A DNA stretch of 64,000 nucleotides from a virus: positions 10,841 to 74,840 of the IMG/VR virus record IMGVR_UViG_3300035691_000003. The stretch is one strand, 5' to 3'. Position 1 is the first letter of the stretch; the number at the start of each line of letters is the position of its first letter. Made by a program: the position numbers and the translations under genes. Below are positions 18,836 to 29,797 of this stretch, in pieces. The notes under the pieces are model-generated. The model saw nothing but the letters and a program-made list of their open reading frames with translations. It searched no databases and had not been told where the DNA came from.

Positions 18836-19813
18836 GTGAAGATCGGCCATATTTCAGCCTATAACGGCAGCGGAATGCACCGCGTCGCGGAGTCGTTGGT
18901 AAAAGCCGAATGCGCCCTCGGCCTCGATTCACGACTGGTCAACATGCATGAGACAAACGCAGCGGAGTTGGATGAAGTCGCCACCTGCGACATCTTTGTG
19001 CCGCACACGCACTTTCCCAACGAGATTAAACGCCGCCTGACCAAGCCGCTGAAGATGGTGTTTATCTCGCACGGCACGCCCGAGTACATCGTGCAAAGCG
19101 CGTTCGAGGCCGGAAAGCACGGCTACGGGCATGGCGACGGGCTAATGCTCTGGATGCACTGGATGAAGACGGCGGATGCGGTTTGTACTTTCTGGCCCCG
19201 GCATCAGGCAATCATGCAGTCAATGTGCGATAAGGCCACCAAGGTTCACCTGCTCCCACTCGGCATGGACCACGATTTCTGGAAGGCGGGACCAAGCAAG
19301 GGGAAATTTGCTGGTAATCCATCGGTGATGACTTCAGAGAACAGCCACTTTATGAAATGGGCCTATGACCTGTTCATCGCGTGGCCCTGGGTTTACGACC
19401 AAGTCCCCGACGCCTGCTTGCACGCCACCTACGTCCCCACGGACCAGCATCGCTACTGGTTTCCGATTGTTAATCGCAACGGGGCCAGCTACGGGGCGCA
19501 TATCAGCCCGCTGACATGGCAACATGACGAACTGCGAGGTATTCTCAAATCCATCGACTACTACTGCAATCTCGTCCGCTACGGCGACTTCAACCATATG
19601 GGCTTGCAAGCGGCACTTTGCGGCGCGAAGGTCATCAGCTATCGCGGCAACCCTTTCGCCGACTACTGGCTTGATGAAGGAGACCAGCGGGACATGGCCC
19701 GGCAGCTTATCGCCATCTTCAAGGGTGAAGTGGAGCGGCGGGAGAAAGCGCCGATACCGCAGTTGAGCGAGATGGGGCAGGCGACGAAGGAGATCTACGA
19801 AAGGATTGCATGA
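18836..19813 (+). CDS. glycosyltransferase (GT-B/GT4-like)
   Basis: SGMHRVAESL, ISHGTPE, LPLGMD, LQAALCGAKVIS. Confidence 0.65.
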   Translation: MKIGHISAYNGSGMHRVAESLVKAECALGLDSRLVNMHETNAAELDEVATCDIFVPHTHFPNEIKRRLTKPLKMVFISHGTPEYIVQSAFEAGKHGYGHGDGLMLWMHWMKTADAVCTFWPRHQAIMQSMCDKATKVHLLPLGMDHDFWKAGPSKGKFAGNPSVMTSENSHFMKWAYDLFIAWPWVYDQVPDACLHATYVPTDQHRYWFPIVNRNGASYGAHISPLTWQHDELRGILKSIDYYCNLVRYGDFNHMGLQAALCGAKVISYRGNPFADYWLDEGDQRDMARQLIAIFKGEVERREKAPIPQLSEMGQATKEIYERIA

Positions 19814-20319
19814 ATCAGTTCACCAACGGTGCATTTAACTTCATCGACACCTCCGCAAAGATCGGCGAAGATTCGACCATCTGGCACTATGCCGTCATCC
19901 TGGCCGATGTCGTCATCGGCAACAACTGCTCCATCGGCTCCCGCGCCGAAATAGGCCGGGGGACGAAGATTGGCGACAACTCGCGGATTGGTTCCGGCGT
20001 ATTCCTGCCACCCAACTCATCCATCGGCAAAAACGTGTTCATCGGGCCGGGGACAGTGGCAACCGACGACCGTCACCCCTTCGCCGGGAATGCAAGCTAT
20101 GTCGCTGAACCGCCGATATTCGACGACTTTTGCTCAGTAGGCGCGGGTTGCGTGCTGCTGCCGGGGGTGAGAATCGGCAAGAAGGCGATGGTAGGAGCCG
20201 GAGCCATCGTCACCAAGGACGTTCCCGCCGGGGCCGTGGTCTACGGCAAAGCAGCGGAGGTGCGACAGCGGACTTTTAACCACCTGCGGCGTGAATACGA
20301 CTGGATAGGAGGAGCGTGA
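19810..20319 (+). CDS. hexapeptide-repeat (left-handed beta-helix) acetyltransferase, FdtC/WbpD-like
   Basis: IGNNCSIG/IGDNSRIG/IGKNVFIGPG repeats; VGAGAIVTKDVP. Confidence 0.85.
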   Translation: MNQFTNGAFNFIDTSAKIGEDSTIWHYAVILADVVIGNNCSIGSRAEIGRGTKIGDNSRIGSGVFLPPNSSIGKNVFIGPGTVATDDRHPFAGNASYVAEPPIFDDFCSVGAGCVLLPGVRIGKKAMVGAGAIVTKDVPAGAVVYGKAAEVRQRTFNHLRREYDWIGGA

Positions 20320-20666
20320 TGGCACTGGCACAGGCTGGCGGAACAGGCTACTTCAACGCGGCGGTCAGCGAGACTAAGGTCTCCGTCGTCGCCGGGTCGG
20401 TGTTGCTGTTCAATATCCTTGGCTTTAATACTGGCGCAGCGGCAAGCTATCTTCAGTTCTTTGACGCGCTGGCGGCGGACGTTACAGTAGGCACCACCAC
20501 GCCAAGGTTTGTCATCCCGCTGCCTATCGCCGGTGGTCTCAGTGACACCTACACGCTGCCGGAGGCGTTTCGCACGGGCATCGTCATCGCCTGTACCGTC
20601 ACACCAACCGGAGCCGGAGCGCCCGGCGCGGCGGCGCTGGTGAAGCTCAGCTACGTCGGAGGATGA
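20316..20666 (+). CDS. small virion structural protein
   Basis: YLQFFD..VTVGTTTP..F.TGIVIACT pattern common in phage structural regions. Confidence 0.55.
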   Translation: MMALAQAGGTGYFNAAVSETKVSVVAGSVLLFNILGFNTGAAASYLQFFDALAADVTVGTTTPRFVIPLPIAGGLSDTYTLPEAFRTGIVIACTVTPTGAGAPGAAALVKLSYVGG

Positions 20667-20670
20667 ACCA

Positions 20671-20913
20671 ATGGCGTTCTTTGGCGGCGGCAGTGGAGGA
20701 GGTGGCTCGGTGGCTATAGGACTGGAAACCGCTACGCCTGCGGTGGGTGACGGCATAGAGACCCAGTTTGTCTTCGTCGGTACTCCCGTACTGGTGATGT
20801 GCAACGGGGTGGTCTATAGCCCGGACAACTGCACGGTGGCAGGTACAACGGCAACCATTCCGGTGCCGCCTGAAATTGGACGGCAGATAACAGCGCTGAC
20901 GACCACAGGGTAA
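20671..20913 (+). CDS. small structural protein
   Basis: Gly linker, GDGIETQF motif. Confidence 0.5.
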   Translation: MAFFGGGSGGGGSVAIGLETATPAVGDGIETQFVFVGTPVLVMCNGVVYSPDNCTVAGTTATIPVPPEIGRQITALTTTG

Positions 20914-20925
20914 GGGAGGGTTGAG

Positions 20926-21777
20926 ATGCCGAGAATACAACCGGAGCAACTAAAGGTGGGAGCTGGTCCATGGCATACCGTGCCCAAGTACGGCGTCGGG
21001 CCTCCTTACGAACTGGAAGCGTCGCGTATCACCGACGACGGTACGGACATCAGCCTGCCTACCCTGAGCTTCCAGGTCGGCGATCTCCAACTGGACAGTA
21101 ACGGCACGCGAATCCGGCTGACGGATGTAAGCAAGCTCATCGAGCTTTACGTGAACCGGAATGACGCCGAACACCGATCCACGTTCGCCATGGGCGGTTC
21201 TCCGGGTATCGCGACGCTGGAAGCCAGTGATGGAACGGTAGTCGCTGAACTGTCCCTGGCTCCGGCGTCCTCCGAGGTTCGATTGGGGTTCACCGCCGCT
21301 GTCGGCGTTCTCCGACTGAACGCGGCCACGACCTACCTGCCATCCAGCACGACAAACATCGGGACGGACGCGAATTCGCAAACGGCCATCGTGGGGACCG
21401 TGACACGTAATGGAGTACCGCTGGGGACCGCATCCTACGTGCAGCAGTTGGCGCAGATTGCAAGTATCAGTCCGACTGACATTCTAATCGGCGGCGCGTC
21501 GCTCGGCGCGGGTCTGTACCGCCTCTCCTACTACCTCGTAACCACCGTCGCAGGCACATCCGGCACGGTGAAGGCGACGTTTGACTGGACTGACGCGGGA
21601 GCCGCGCGGGTAGTAGACTCAGCAACCATCACCTTCGGCACATTGGCCGACCCATCCTCGGGAACGCTAATCATCCAGCTAACTGGCGCAGACCCGATTC
21701 GTTACTCAACCACCGTGGCTGCCGCCGTCGGCGATCCACAATACGCGCTGTACATAGCACTGGAGCGATTGCAGTAA
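20926..21777 (+). CDS. tail-associated hypothetical protein
   Basis: GGAGG RBS, beta-rich 283 aa. Confidence 0.6.
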   Translation: MPRIQPEQLKVGAGPWHTVPKYGVGPPYELEASRITDDGTDISLPTLSFQVGDLQLDSNGTRIRLTDVSKLIELYVNRNDAEHRSTFAMGGSPGIATLEASDGTVVAELSLAPASSEVRLGFTAAVGVLRLNAATTYLPSSTTNIGTDANSQTAIVGTVTRNGVPLGTASYVQQLAQIASISPTDILIGGASLGAGLYRLSYYLVTTVAGTSGTVKATFDWTDAGAARVVDSATITFGTLADPSSGTLIIQLTGADPIRYSTTVAAAVGDPQYALYIALERLQ

Positions 21778-21822
21778 GGACTCGATACACCGCCCGAAGG
21801 CGGGCAAGGCAAGGAAGAAGGG

Positions 21823-22308
21823 ATGGTTGAAATGGATAAAAAGATTGCAGCGAGTCAGTTACAGCAAGATGGAGCAATGACCGTGCTTAGCGCAACGGTT
21901 GAACTTACTGACACACAGTTCAAGGCGCTACCCACCACGGTCGCGGAAATCGTACCCAACAGTGAGGCAGGCAAGGTCGTGCTGTTCCTCAGTGCCGTGC
22001 TGCTAGCAAACGTTACCGGCGGCGCTTATGGAAACATCACCGATCGGCAGTTTGAATTCACCTGGGGGAGCGGCAACGAAGGAATAGCCGTCAGCGACAG
22101 GTTCGACATGGGAGTAGCGCTTAGCGGCAATATCGGCACTCCGACACTAAGTACCGTGACGCCGATAACCGCCTCGGTGCAGGCGCTGGAAGACGTAGAA
22201 GCGCGGTCTATCGTGTTGCGCGTGGTGTCAGGCGCAGGCGACTTCACTGACGGTGACTCCACGAACACTGTCAGTGTCACTGTTCTGTACGTGATCCTTG
22301 ACGTATAA
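21823..22308 (+). CDS. structural hypothetical protein
   Basis: 161 aa beta-rich ORF. Confidence 0.55.
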   Translation: MVEMDKKIAASQLQQDGAMTVLSATVELTDTQFKALPTTVAEIVPNSEAGKVVLFLSAVLLANVTGGAYGNITDRQFEFTWGSGNEGIAVSDRFDMGVALSGNIGTPTLSTVTPITASVQALEDVEARSIVLRVVSGAGDFTDGDSTNTVSVTVLYVILDV

Positions 22309-22314
22309 CCAGCG

Positions 22315-24372
22315 ATGAGCGACCTGACTATCTCCGCAGCCGGATTTACCATCCAGCCACTCGTTGACGAGAGGGATGGTCCAGCGGAGATACGCTGGTA
22401 CTACAACCGCGCCTTTCTCGATTCAGTAAACACACAGGTGCAGTGGGGGACCGGGACTACCGGCTTCTGGGTGACGACACCCTGCTCGGTGGCTGCGGGG
22501 CTAGTGACGGTGGACCAGGACACGCTGCTCTGGACCACCGACGATGCCCAAGATCCAAACCCCGGCTCAATCCTCCTCAGCGCCGGGCTGTATTCATCAC
22601 GCGGCAAACTGGTCCAGCAGCTAACCATTATCGGCAAGTCGCAGTGGATTGTACCGTCCTCGCAAGCTCCAACTACCACCTGGGCCAACTTCGTCGCCTA
22701 TAATTCCGCCGCCTTTCTCGCCAATCCACCACAGGTGTTTTACACCGCCGCGCAGGTGGACGCGCTGGTGGACCGCTCCTTTGACGAACATCCAGCCACC
22801 GACGGCGACCTCGGCTCCGTGCTGCTGTCGGTCCCCGCTACCGTACCTGCTCAGCCAGTCGTCTGGGGCGCGAACGATCCGTTAGTCAGAGACGCGCTAA
22901 AGATTCAAGGCGTGGACGTGGTTAGCACCACCCCACTCGACACACAGGTGCTGGCCTATAACCAGTCCAATAACCAGTGGGAACCGTCGAATCAAGCTGC
23001 GGGAACCGGGAATGTCGTCAGCAACGAGATTATCTCAGTCGATGGTGAGATTACGCTGTTTAGCGGGACCGGTGGGAAGACAATCAAGCGGGGTGGGTTC
23101 ACCGGGCTGCTCAAGGCGCTGGCAGGAGTGGTATCAGCGGCAGTCGCAGCAGTGGATTACGTTGTGCCGGGAGTGATTACCGGGAGCGGACTGACACAGG
23201 CCACCGCGCGCCTGTTGGGCCGCACAACGGCGTCTTCGGGAGCAGTGGAGGAAATCTCCGTCGGCACCGGGTTGCAACTCGCCGCCGGGGTACTGTCAAA
23301 TACTGCTGCCGATACAGGTATCACGCAACTTACCGGAAACGTAACCGCTGGACCTGGAAGCGGCAGTCAGGTAGCGACAATTCCCAGTGACACCGTGATC
23401 TACGCAATGATGCAAAATGTCTCAGCAGCGGATAAGTTGCTCGGTCGCGGTAACAGCGGAGCCGGTGACGTGCAGGAGATTACACTCGGCACGAATCTCG
23501 CCATGAGCGGTACAACGCTCAATGCTTCAGCGGGTACTGGGACAGTCGGCAACGTCGGCACGCTGACTACAAACCAAGTCATCCTTGGTGCGGGCGGCAC
23601 CGACATTACCGCGCTTGGCTCACTAGGCACGACGGTGACGGTGCTGCATGGAAATGCCGCCGGTGCGCCGACCTTTGCGGTCGTGACCCCGGCAGACGCG
23701 GCGGGGAATACCAGCGGCTCGGGAAACTTTGCACTGGTTACGTCGCCAGTGTTTACCACCCCAACGCTCGGTGCAGCCACGGCCACATCCGTCAACGGCC
23801 TGACTATCACTTCGTCTACCGGCACGCTGACAATTACCAATGCCAAAGTGGTCAGCTTTAACCACTCGCTGACCTTTGCAGGCACCGACTCGACAACGAT
23901 GACGTTTCCCTCAACGTCGCAAACGATTGTCGGTCTTACTGCTACCCAGACACTTACCTCAAAGATTATCAGCCTGACGGCAGCCCACGGCACGGACGAC
24001 ACCTGTGAGGGGTTGCAGGTTACCGGCCTGAACGCCGGAGCGACAATTGCCCAATGGGAAACTGTTTACCTTGACGGGTCATCGACGTGGCAACTAGCAG
24101 ACGCCAATGGCAGTAGCACCTACCCCGCGCGAGGATTGGCAACGGCTGCCTATGTCAGTACCAACCCAGCGGCAATTCTTGTTCGTGGAACGGTACGAAA
24201 CGACGCTTGGAACTGGACGCCGGGAGGAGCACTCTATCTCTCGGGAACACCGGGAGGGCTGACACAAACCGCCCCCTCCACGTCGGGCGACAAGGTTCAA
24301 GTAGTGGGTTTTGCACTCACCGCCGACATCGCCTTCTTCGACTTCAATAGCACTTACCTGACAGTGACTTAA
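22315..24372 (+). CDS. tail fibre protein
   Basis: LLGRTTASSGAVEEI / LLGRGNSGAGDVQEI repeats, T/G-rich, C-terminal WQLADA..GLA..YLS..PGG domain. Confidence 0.75.
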   Translation: MSDLTISAAGFTIQPLVDERDGPAEIRWYYNRAFLDSVNTQVQWGTGTTGFWVTTPCSVAAGLVTVDQDTLLWTTDDAQDPNPGSILLSAGLYSSRGKLVQQLTIIGKSQWIVPSSQAPTTTWANFVAYNSAAFLANPPQVFYTAAQVDALVDRSFDEHPATDGDLGSVLLSVPATVPAQPVVWGANDPLVRDALKIQGVDVVSTTPLDTQVLAYNQSNNQWEPSNQAAGTGNVVSNEIISVDGEITLFSGTGGKTIKRGGFTGLLKALAGVVSAAVAAVDYVVPGVITGSGLTQATARLLGRTTASSGAVEEISVGTGLQLAAGVLSNTAADTGITQLTGNVTAGPGSGSQVATIPSDTVIYAMMQNVSAADKLLGRGNSGAGDVQEITLGTNLAMSGTTLNASAGTGTVGNVGTLTTNQVILGAGGTDITALGSLGTTVTVLHGNAAGAPTFAVVTPADAAGNTSGSGNFALVTSPVFTTPTLGAATATSVNGLTITSSTGTLTITNAKVVSFNHSLTFAGTDSTTMTFPSTSQTIVGLTATQTLTSKIISLTAAHGTDDTCEGLQVTGLNAGATIAQWETVYLDGSSTWQLADANGSSTYPARGLATAAYVSTNPAAILVRGTVRNDAWNWTPGGALYLSGTPGGLTQTAPSTSGDKVQVVGFALTADIAFFDFNSTYLTVT

Positions 24373-24374
24373 AA

Positions 24375-25175
24375 ATGACAGTCAACGCAATCAACGGAGT
24401 CGCGCTCACTGCCCTCTCGGCAATCGACGGAGTGAGTCTGGCGATCCTGAACGCGGTGAGCGGGCAGACACTGGCAGCGACGACTGATCCGTTCTTCTCT
24501 AGCGTAGTACTACTCGTTCCGTGGAACGGCACTGATGGGCAGACTACGGCTACCGATCTCTCTAATGCGGCCCATACCTTATCGTTTCAAGCCAACGCGC
24601 AAATCGACACCGCGCAATCGTGGTTCGGAGGTTCGTCGCTGCTACTGGACGGCGACAGTGACCGAGTAGAATCTGCCGATAGCGCCGATTGGACCATGGC
24701 GGCTGGTGACTGGACGATGGAGGCGTTCATCCGCGTCAACTCGTTTGCACTGGAGCCAACCCAGACAATCTACAGTCACTACTCTTCAACCAGCAATCAA
24801 CGCTCCTTCTGGTGGCGGTTTAACGCAACCACGATGGAGTTCATTTACTCCACCAACGGAACCGCGACAACAACTATCTCCGGCTCGTTTACGTTTAACA
24901 CCGGAACGTGGTACTACGTGGCGGCGAAGAGATCAACTACGTCGCTGATCCTGTATGCCGCAGTTGCCAGTGACCCAACAACTACCGTGATTCAAACCGG
25001 GGCCGTAGCGACGGACTCCTTCTTCAATTCCACTACCGTGCTTAGAATCGGCTCGGCCCAGTCTGCCGGAGTGAATGCCGCCGAACTGAATGGCTGGATG
25101 AACCAGACACGAATTACCAAAGGCGTTGCGCGTGATGTAAGCAACGTGCCGACTGCTCCATTTCCGACATCATGA
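24375..25175 (+). CDS. LamG/concanavalin A-like tail protein
   Basis: [13 protein letters not shown]; [10 protein letters not shown]; WYYVA; [15 protein letters not shown]. Confidence 0.8.
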   Translation: MTVNAINGVALTALSAIDGVSLAILNAVSGQTLAATTDPFFSSVVLLVPWNGTDGQTTATDLSNAAHTLSFQANAQIDTAQSWFGGSSLLLDGDSDRVESADSADWTMAAGDWTMEAFIRVNSFALEPTQTIYSHYSSTSNQRSFWWRFNATTMEFIYSTNGTATTTISGSFTFNTGTWYYVAAKRSTTSLILYAAVASDPTTTVIQTGAVATDSFFNSTTVLRIGSAQSAGVNAAELNGWMNQTRITKGVARDVSNVPTAPFPTS

Positions 25176-25182
25176 GACAATT

Positions 25183-26802
25183 ATGAAAACCCTGCTACTC
25201 ATCCTACTGCTCCCCGCCGCGCTGCTGGCCCAGTCGGCCAACACCTTTCGCCAAGTCACCTTTGCCAACCTCGGCGTGCCGAACGATAACAACGTGCGCT
25301 ACGTGACGGACGGCGGGGTTGATTCAGTGACCGGCAACTGTACCAGCGGCGGGTTTGGAGCCTATGCCTTCCGGGTGCAGACCGGCGCGACGACTTTTGT
25401 CTGGCGCTGCTCGGTGTTTGTGCCGGGTGGTGGAGGCACCGGGAATGGCGACGTGTCCAGCGATACGGCTACCGCATCAGTCGGCCAAGCGGCGGTCTTC
25501 TCCAACACCACCGGCAAGCAGATTGGCCGGTTTACTTCGTCGGGCTGGGTCAAAGCAACCGGCGGAGTGTTGACGACGGTGGCGAGTGTCAGCCTGGCGT
25601 CGGATGTCACCGGCAATCTCCCTGTGGTGAACTTGAACTCTGGCACTAACGCATCATCCGGCACCTTCTGGCGCGGCGACGGGCAGTGGGCTACACCGGT
25701 GGGTGCTGGTGATGTCAGCTCCAACACTGCCGTCTCAGTCAACGACGAGTTGGTCCTGTTCAACAGCACCAGCGGCAAGTCGATTAAGCGCGCGACGAGC
25801 AGCGGGCTGGTGAAGCTCACCTCGGGCGTGGCGTCAACTGTCGCTGCTCCAACCGGCACTATCGTCGGCACGACGGATGCGCAACCACTGACCAACAAAA
25901 CGATTGACGGCAGCCTGAACACGATTACCAACGTGTCGCTGGCAACCGGCGTAACCAGCAACCTGCCAGTGACCCGGCTCAACTCCGGCACCGGGGCAAG
26001 TGGCTCAACCTTCTGGCGCGGCGATGGGACGTGGGCGACTCCCGCCGGGGCGGGCACCGTGACGAGTGTCGGCTTAGCACTGCCCAATATCTTCTCCGTC
26101 AGCGGCACACCGGTGATATCGTCAGGGACGCTAACTGCAACCCTCGCCACTCAGACGGCCAATACCGTGTTCAGTGGGCCAACCACCGGCAGCGCCGCCA
26201 CGCCCACCTTCCGCGCGCTGGTGGCAGCCGACATCCCGGCGCTGGGCGCGTCGAAGATTACCTCGGAGACAATGGCAACTGCTCGGCTGGGTAGTGGCGC
26301 GGCATCGTCGTCAACCTTCCTGCGCGGCGACCAGACCTGGGCTACCCCAACCGCCGGGGCGGGAGGCTCGACCACCCAATTTCAGTTCAACCTCACCGGC
26401 GCACTGGCAGGAGCGTCCAACTTCCTCTTCACCCCAGCCACCGGGCAGATGACGGCCAATCAGGCAGGTAATGGCAACAACGTCTTCTACGGCAAGCGCG
26501 TGACCGACACCGGTCCTACCGGCAACTTCTTCCTGTTCCAGAACCAGGCAGGCACGGTGGACTTGTTCAAGGTGGACGTGACTGGGGCGGTGATACTGAA
26601 TTCAGCTACTGGCATACAGGATGTGCTGACGGTGCAGAAGGGGGTGCAGCTCACCACCGGCACGAGACCGACGTGCGACTCGACGACGCGCGGGACGTTC
26701 TGGTACGTGGCTGGAAGTGCCGGGGTGGCCGACACCGTGGCGGTGTGCGCCAAGAATTCTAGTGATGTTTTTTCGTGGGTTAGTATCGCCGCGATTCCAT
26801 AA
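25183..26802 (+). CDS. tail-fibre-like protein with N-terminal signal peptide
   Basis: [17 protein letters not shown]; three LxSG..ASS.TF[WL]RGD..WATP repeats; GTVTSVGL. Confidence 0.7.
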   Translation: MKTLLLILLLPAALLAQSANTFRQVTFANLGVPNDNNVRYVTDGGVDSVTGNCTSGGFGAYAFRVQTGATTFVWRCSVFVPGGGGTGNGDVSSDTATASVGQAAVFSNTTGKQIGRFTSSGWVKATGGVLTTVASVSLASDVTGNLPVVNLNSGTNASSGTFWRGDGQWATPVGAGDVSSNTAVSVNDELVLFNSTSGKSIKRATSSGLVKLTSGVASTVAAPTGTIVGTTDAQPLTNKTIDGSLNTITNVSLATGVTSNLPVTRLNSGTGASGSTFWRGDGTWATPAGAGTVTSVGLALPNIFSVSGTPVISSGTLTATLATQTANTVFSGPTTGSAATPTFRALVAADIPALGASKITSETMATARLGSGAASSSTFLRGDQTWATPTAGAGGSTTQFQFNLTGALAGASNFLFTPATGQMTANQAGNGNNVFYGKRVTDTGPTGNFFLFQNQAGTVDLFKVDVTGAVILNSATGIQDVLTVQKGVQLTTGTRPTCDSTTRGTFWYVAGSAGVADTVAVCAKNSSDVFSWVSIAAIP

Positions 26803-26809
26803 GAGAACT

Positions 26810-29728
26810 ATGAGACCTTTAATTCTACTTGCCCTACTCGCCCTCCCCGTCGCCGCCCAAACACCGCCCGGCACCCACATCACCCTCGACGGTTCATCTC
26901 AGTACCTGAGCGGCACTACTCCAACTGGGACGAGGCAGTTGCGCGAAGTGTCATCACGCATGACCAGCGCGCGGATTGGTCACACCACCGACCAAGTGCT
27001 ATTCGACTGGACCGGCGTAGGGACGCTGTATATCAAGGCGGTGAGCGGCACCACCACCAACCTGCAATTTGTTCCCGCCACCGGCACCGGCACCACCACG
27101 GTAAACATCAGCGCCTTCACCACCGGATTCATCTATCGCTTCGCCTATGACGACATCGGGCCGAATATGGCCTACCTGTTGCAAGCGTGGGATGCGCGGG
27201 GTGATCCAAAGACGGTGGTCTCAGCAGTGCAAACCGCCTCGGTCTCATCTATCGACCCCAACAACCGCGCCTTTCGCATCGGAGCGAAGCTCGACGGCAC
27301 GCTCCACCTGCAAGCCGACATCGACTTCTGGCGCTGGCACGACCAATGGATTCCCCAATACCCACAGGCCAGTGCGCCGGGATTACAGCTCCCCTACCCG
27401 ACGTTTGCCGAGAACTGGCTGGCCTGCCACTCGATTAACGGGAATGAGAACTGGGTTGATTATCGGTTTGAGAATGACCTGACGAACTCCGGCACTCTGA
27501 CCATGCCGCTGACCGCGACAGGCGCACCGACATTCGCGGCCAATTCCAACACCCGCCCAACTGCTTATGGCGAGGATCTAACCGGCGTAGCCAAAGGCCG
27601 TCTCCCGCTCAATGGCACCTTCTCTTATGACTACGACTCCAGCGGGCTGGTGCCGACGAATCTCTCCGATACCCTGTCCACCAACTGGACCTGCGTGTCG
27701 GCTCCCGGCGCGGGCTGTGGGGCGCTAACTATCCGCCAGCCAACCCGGCTGTTTACCTGGGCCGATGGCGGCACGACTGTCGGCACCTACACGTTTACCT
27801 TCAGCGTCTCTGACGGCTCGTCAACTGACACCGACACCGTAACCATCCAGGTCGGGGCTGTCACCGCCTCAGTCGGCACCACCACCTGCTTCATCGATGA
27901 GCCATGCTTCATTGACGCATCCGCATCAACCAACTGGGACTCCATCAACGTGGATTTCGGCGAGAGCATTCCCGGCTCCTCGCTCCACTACGCAATGAGC
28001 ATTCCCAAGGGCGTGCATCGCTATCACGCGGCGGGGGACTATACGGTGACGGTCTCAGCACGGGATGCGCAACCGTCTCCGGTGACGGCCACCGCAACCA
28101 CCACCATCACAGTCAGCGCCCGCGCAGAAGCCGACGCCGCCAACACTGAAGACCTAACCAACCCACTCAACGCCAACTACATCTCCCCGGCTAATTGCAC
28201 TGGGGACGCAGCCGGGAATCTCACCAAGGTGCAGGCAGCACTGGACATCGCCAAGAGCCGTAATACCGTGGCGCAGAAGGTGGTCCTGCCTGCCGGGTGT
28301 CGGGCCGATGGGCAACTCACCGCCAAGGTGCCGGTTGGTAGTGCGTATATCACGGTGATTAGCTCCGGCACGCTGCCGCCATCACACAAGCGCATCACCC
28401 CCGGCGACATTGCTCAGATGTTCACTGTGCGTGGGACGACGAACAACCTCTCGCCTCTCATCAGCGACCTGGCGGGTACGTCGCACCATTACAAGTTTCG
28501 AGGGATCGTGTTCGAGACCAGCGTCCAGCAGTTTGCGATTGTCGAACTGGGCGCACCGTCAGTTGAAGATTCAGCAGCGGAAATCTCGCACCACTTCATC
28601 ATTCAGCACTGCATCATTCGCCCGACCGATGAGTTCTCGGTCAATATCCAGAACGGGATTCTCTACAACGCCAATGACGTAGCGATCATCGACAGCTACA
28701 TCTACCCGATGTCTTCATCCGGCATCGAATCCCACAACCTGCTCACCTATTCAGCCGAGGGCCGTCACGCGATTGATAACAATTTCCTCGGCGGCTCATC
28801 CATCAACTACTTCGTCGGCGGTGCAACCACTATTGTGCGCGGCATGGTGCCGTCTTATATCGAGTTCAACGAGAACTATCTGACTCACCCACTGACGTGG
28901 CAGCCTTCTAACCCAGCCTGGGACGGCAAGACGCGCGGGGTGAAGAACCTGTGGGAGCTGAAGACCGGGAGCTATGTATCAGCACGGGGCAATAAGATTG
29001 AGAACAACTGGACTGATGCGCAGCAGGGTATCGGCGCGTTCTTCCAAGCTACCTGCGACTCCGGCAATTGGGCCACGGCGAATTACATCGACTGGGGCTA
29101 CAACTGGCTGTACAACATCGAGAAGGGAGTGGAGTTTCGCGGGTCTGAGTATCGCGGCACCGTGCAGTCGCGCAAGGTGTGGTTCTCAAATATCCTAATG
29201 GAAGCGCTGACGAACCGCGCGATTACCTTTATCCAGGCGTGGGAGCCACGTATTAACCATGTCACCATGCTGGCGGTCACTAACCACTCGGCGGTGATGG
29301 ACGGCGAGATGCGCGGGCCGGGGTTTATGTACGAGAACTCGATTGCTTATGAAGGGGCGTTTGGCTGGTTCGGCTCCGGGTTCTCCACCGGCACGCCGAG
29401 TTTGAACATCTACTTCCCTGGGTTTATATTCACCAGCTCGTTGCAGGTGGGTGGGTCGGCGGGGAGTTACTCTGCACCTATCACAGCTATGCAGTTCCCG
29501 GCCAGTCAGGCAGCGGTGGGGTTTACCGACCCAGCTAGCGGCAACTGGAGCTTGGCGGCGAGTTCGCCGTACAAGGGCGACGCCAACGACGGCACCGACC
29601 CAGGCGTCAACTGGGTGGACCTGCAAGCCCACTTGCTCAACACCGTCAGCGGCAACTGGACGACGGTACGCGGGGCTGGAATGAGTGGAAAAGCGACAAT
29701 TAGCGGCAAGGGGGTGGTAGTTCAGTGA
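26810..29728 (+). CDS. secreted-type PKD/Ig + right-handed beta-helix protein (adhesin/depolymerase-like)
   Basis: Probable start MRPLILLALLALPVAA-Q at 26810; PKD motif DFG..H.Y..AGDYTVTV; beta-helix with VKNLWELK. Confidence 0.7.
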   Translation: MRPLILLALLALPVAAQTPPGTHITLDGSSQYLSGTTPTGTRQLREVSSRMTSARIGHTTDQVLFDWTGVGTLYIKAVSGTTTNLQFVPATGTGTTTVNISAFTTGFIYRFAYDDIGPNMAYLLQAWDARGDPKTVVSAVQTASVSSIDPNNRAFRIGAKLDGTLHLQADIDFWRWHDQWIPQYPQASAPGLQLPYPTFAENWLACHSINGNENWVDYRFENDLTNSGTLTMPLTATGAPTFAANSNTRPTAYGEDLTGVAKGRLPLNGTFSYDYDSSGLVPTNLSDTLSTNWTCVSAPGAGCGALTIRQPTRLFTWADGGTTVGTYTFTFSVSDGSSTDTDTVTIQVGAVTASVGTTTCFIDEPCFIDASASTNWDSINVDFGESIPGSSLHYAMSIPKGVHRYHAAGDYTVTVSARDAQPSPVTATATTTITVSARAEADAANTEDLTNPLNANYISPANCTGDAAGNLTKVQAALDIAKSRNTVAQKVVLPAGCRADGQLTAKVPVGSAYITVISSGTLPPSHKRITPGDIAQMFTVRGTTNNLSPLISDLAGTSHHYKFRGIVFETSVQQFAIVELGAPSVEDSAAEISHHFIIQHCIIRPTDEFSVNIQNGILYNANDVAIIDSYIYPMSSSGIESHNLLTYSAEGRHAIDNNFLGGSSINYFVGGATTIVRGMVPSYIEFNENYLTHPLTWQPSNPAWDGKTRGVKNLWELKTGSYVSARGNKIENNWTDAQQGIGAFFQATCDSGNWATANYIDWGYNWLYNIEKGVEFRGSEYRGTVQSRKVWFSNILMEALTNRAITFIQAWEPRINHVTMLAVTNHSAVMDGEMRGPGFMYENSIAYEGAFGWFGSGFSTGTPSLNIYFPGFIFTSSLQVGGSAGSYSAPITAMQFPASQAAVGFTDPASGNWSLAASSPYKGDANDGTDPGVNWVDLQAHLLNTVSGNWTTVRGAGMSGKATISGKGVVVQ

Positions 29729-29797
29729 CGGGGGCCAACTTTCCCCGTTACAGGTTTGCGAGGGTCTGATACACTGCTGGGGTAGGAGGACCACTGG

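Noticed and set aside
26717-26809. N-terminal extension of the 1003-aa ORF
   Set aside because: It overlaps the upstream gene; the ATG at 26810 gives a clean signal peptide
22315-29728. Diversity-generating retroelement or invertible fibre cassette
   Set aside because: No reverse transcriptase, TR/VR pair or invertase seen; the fibre repeats are ordinary protein repeats
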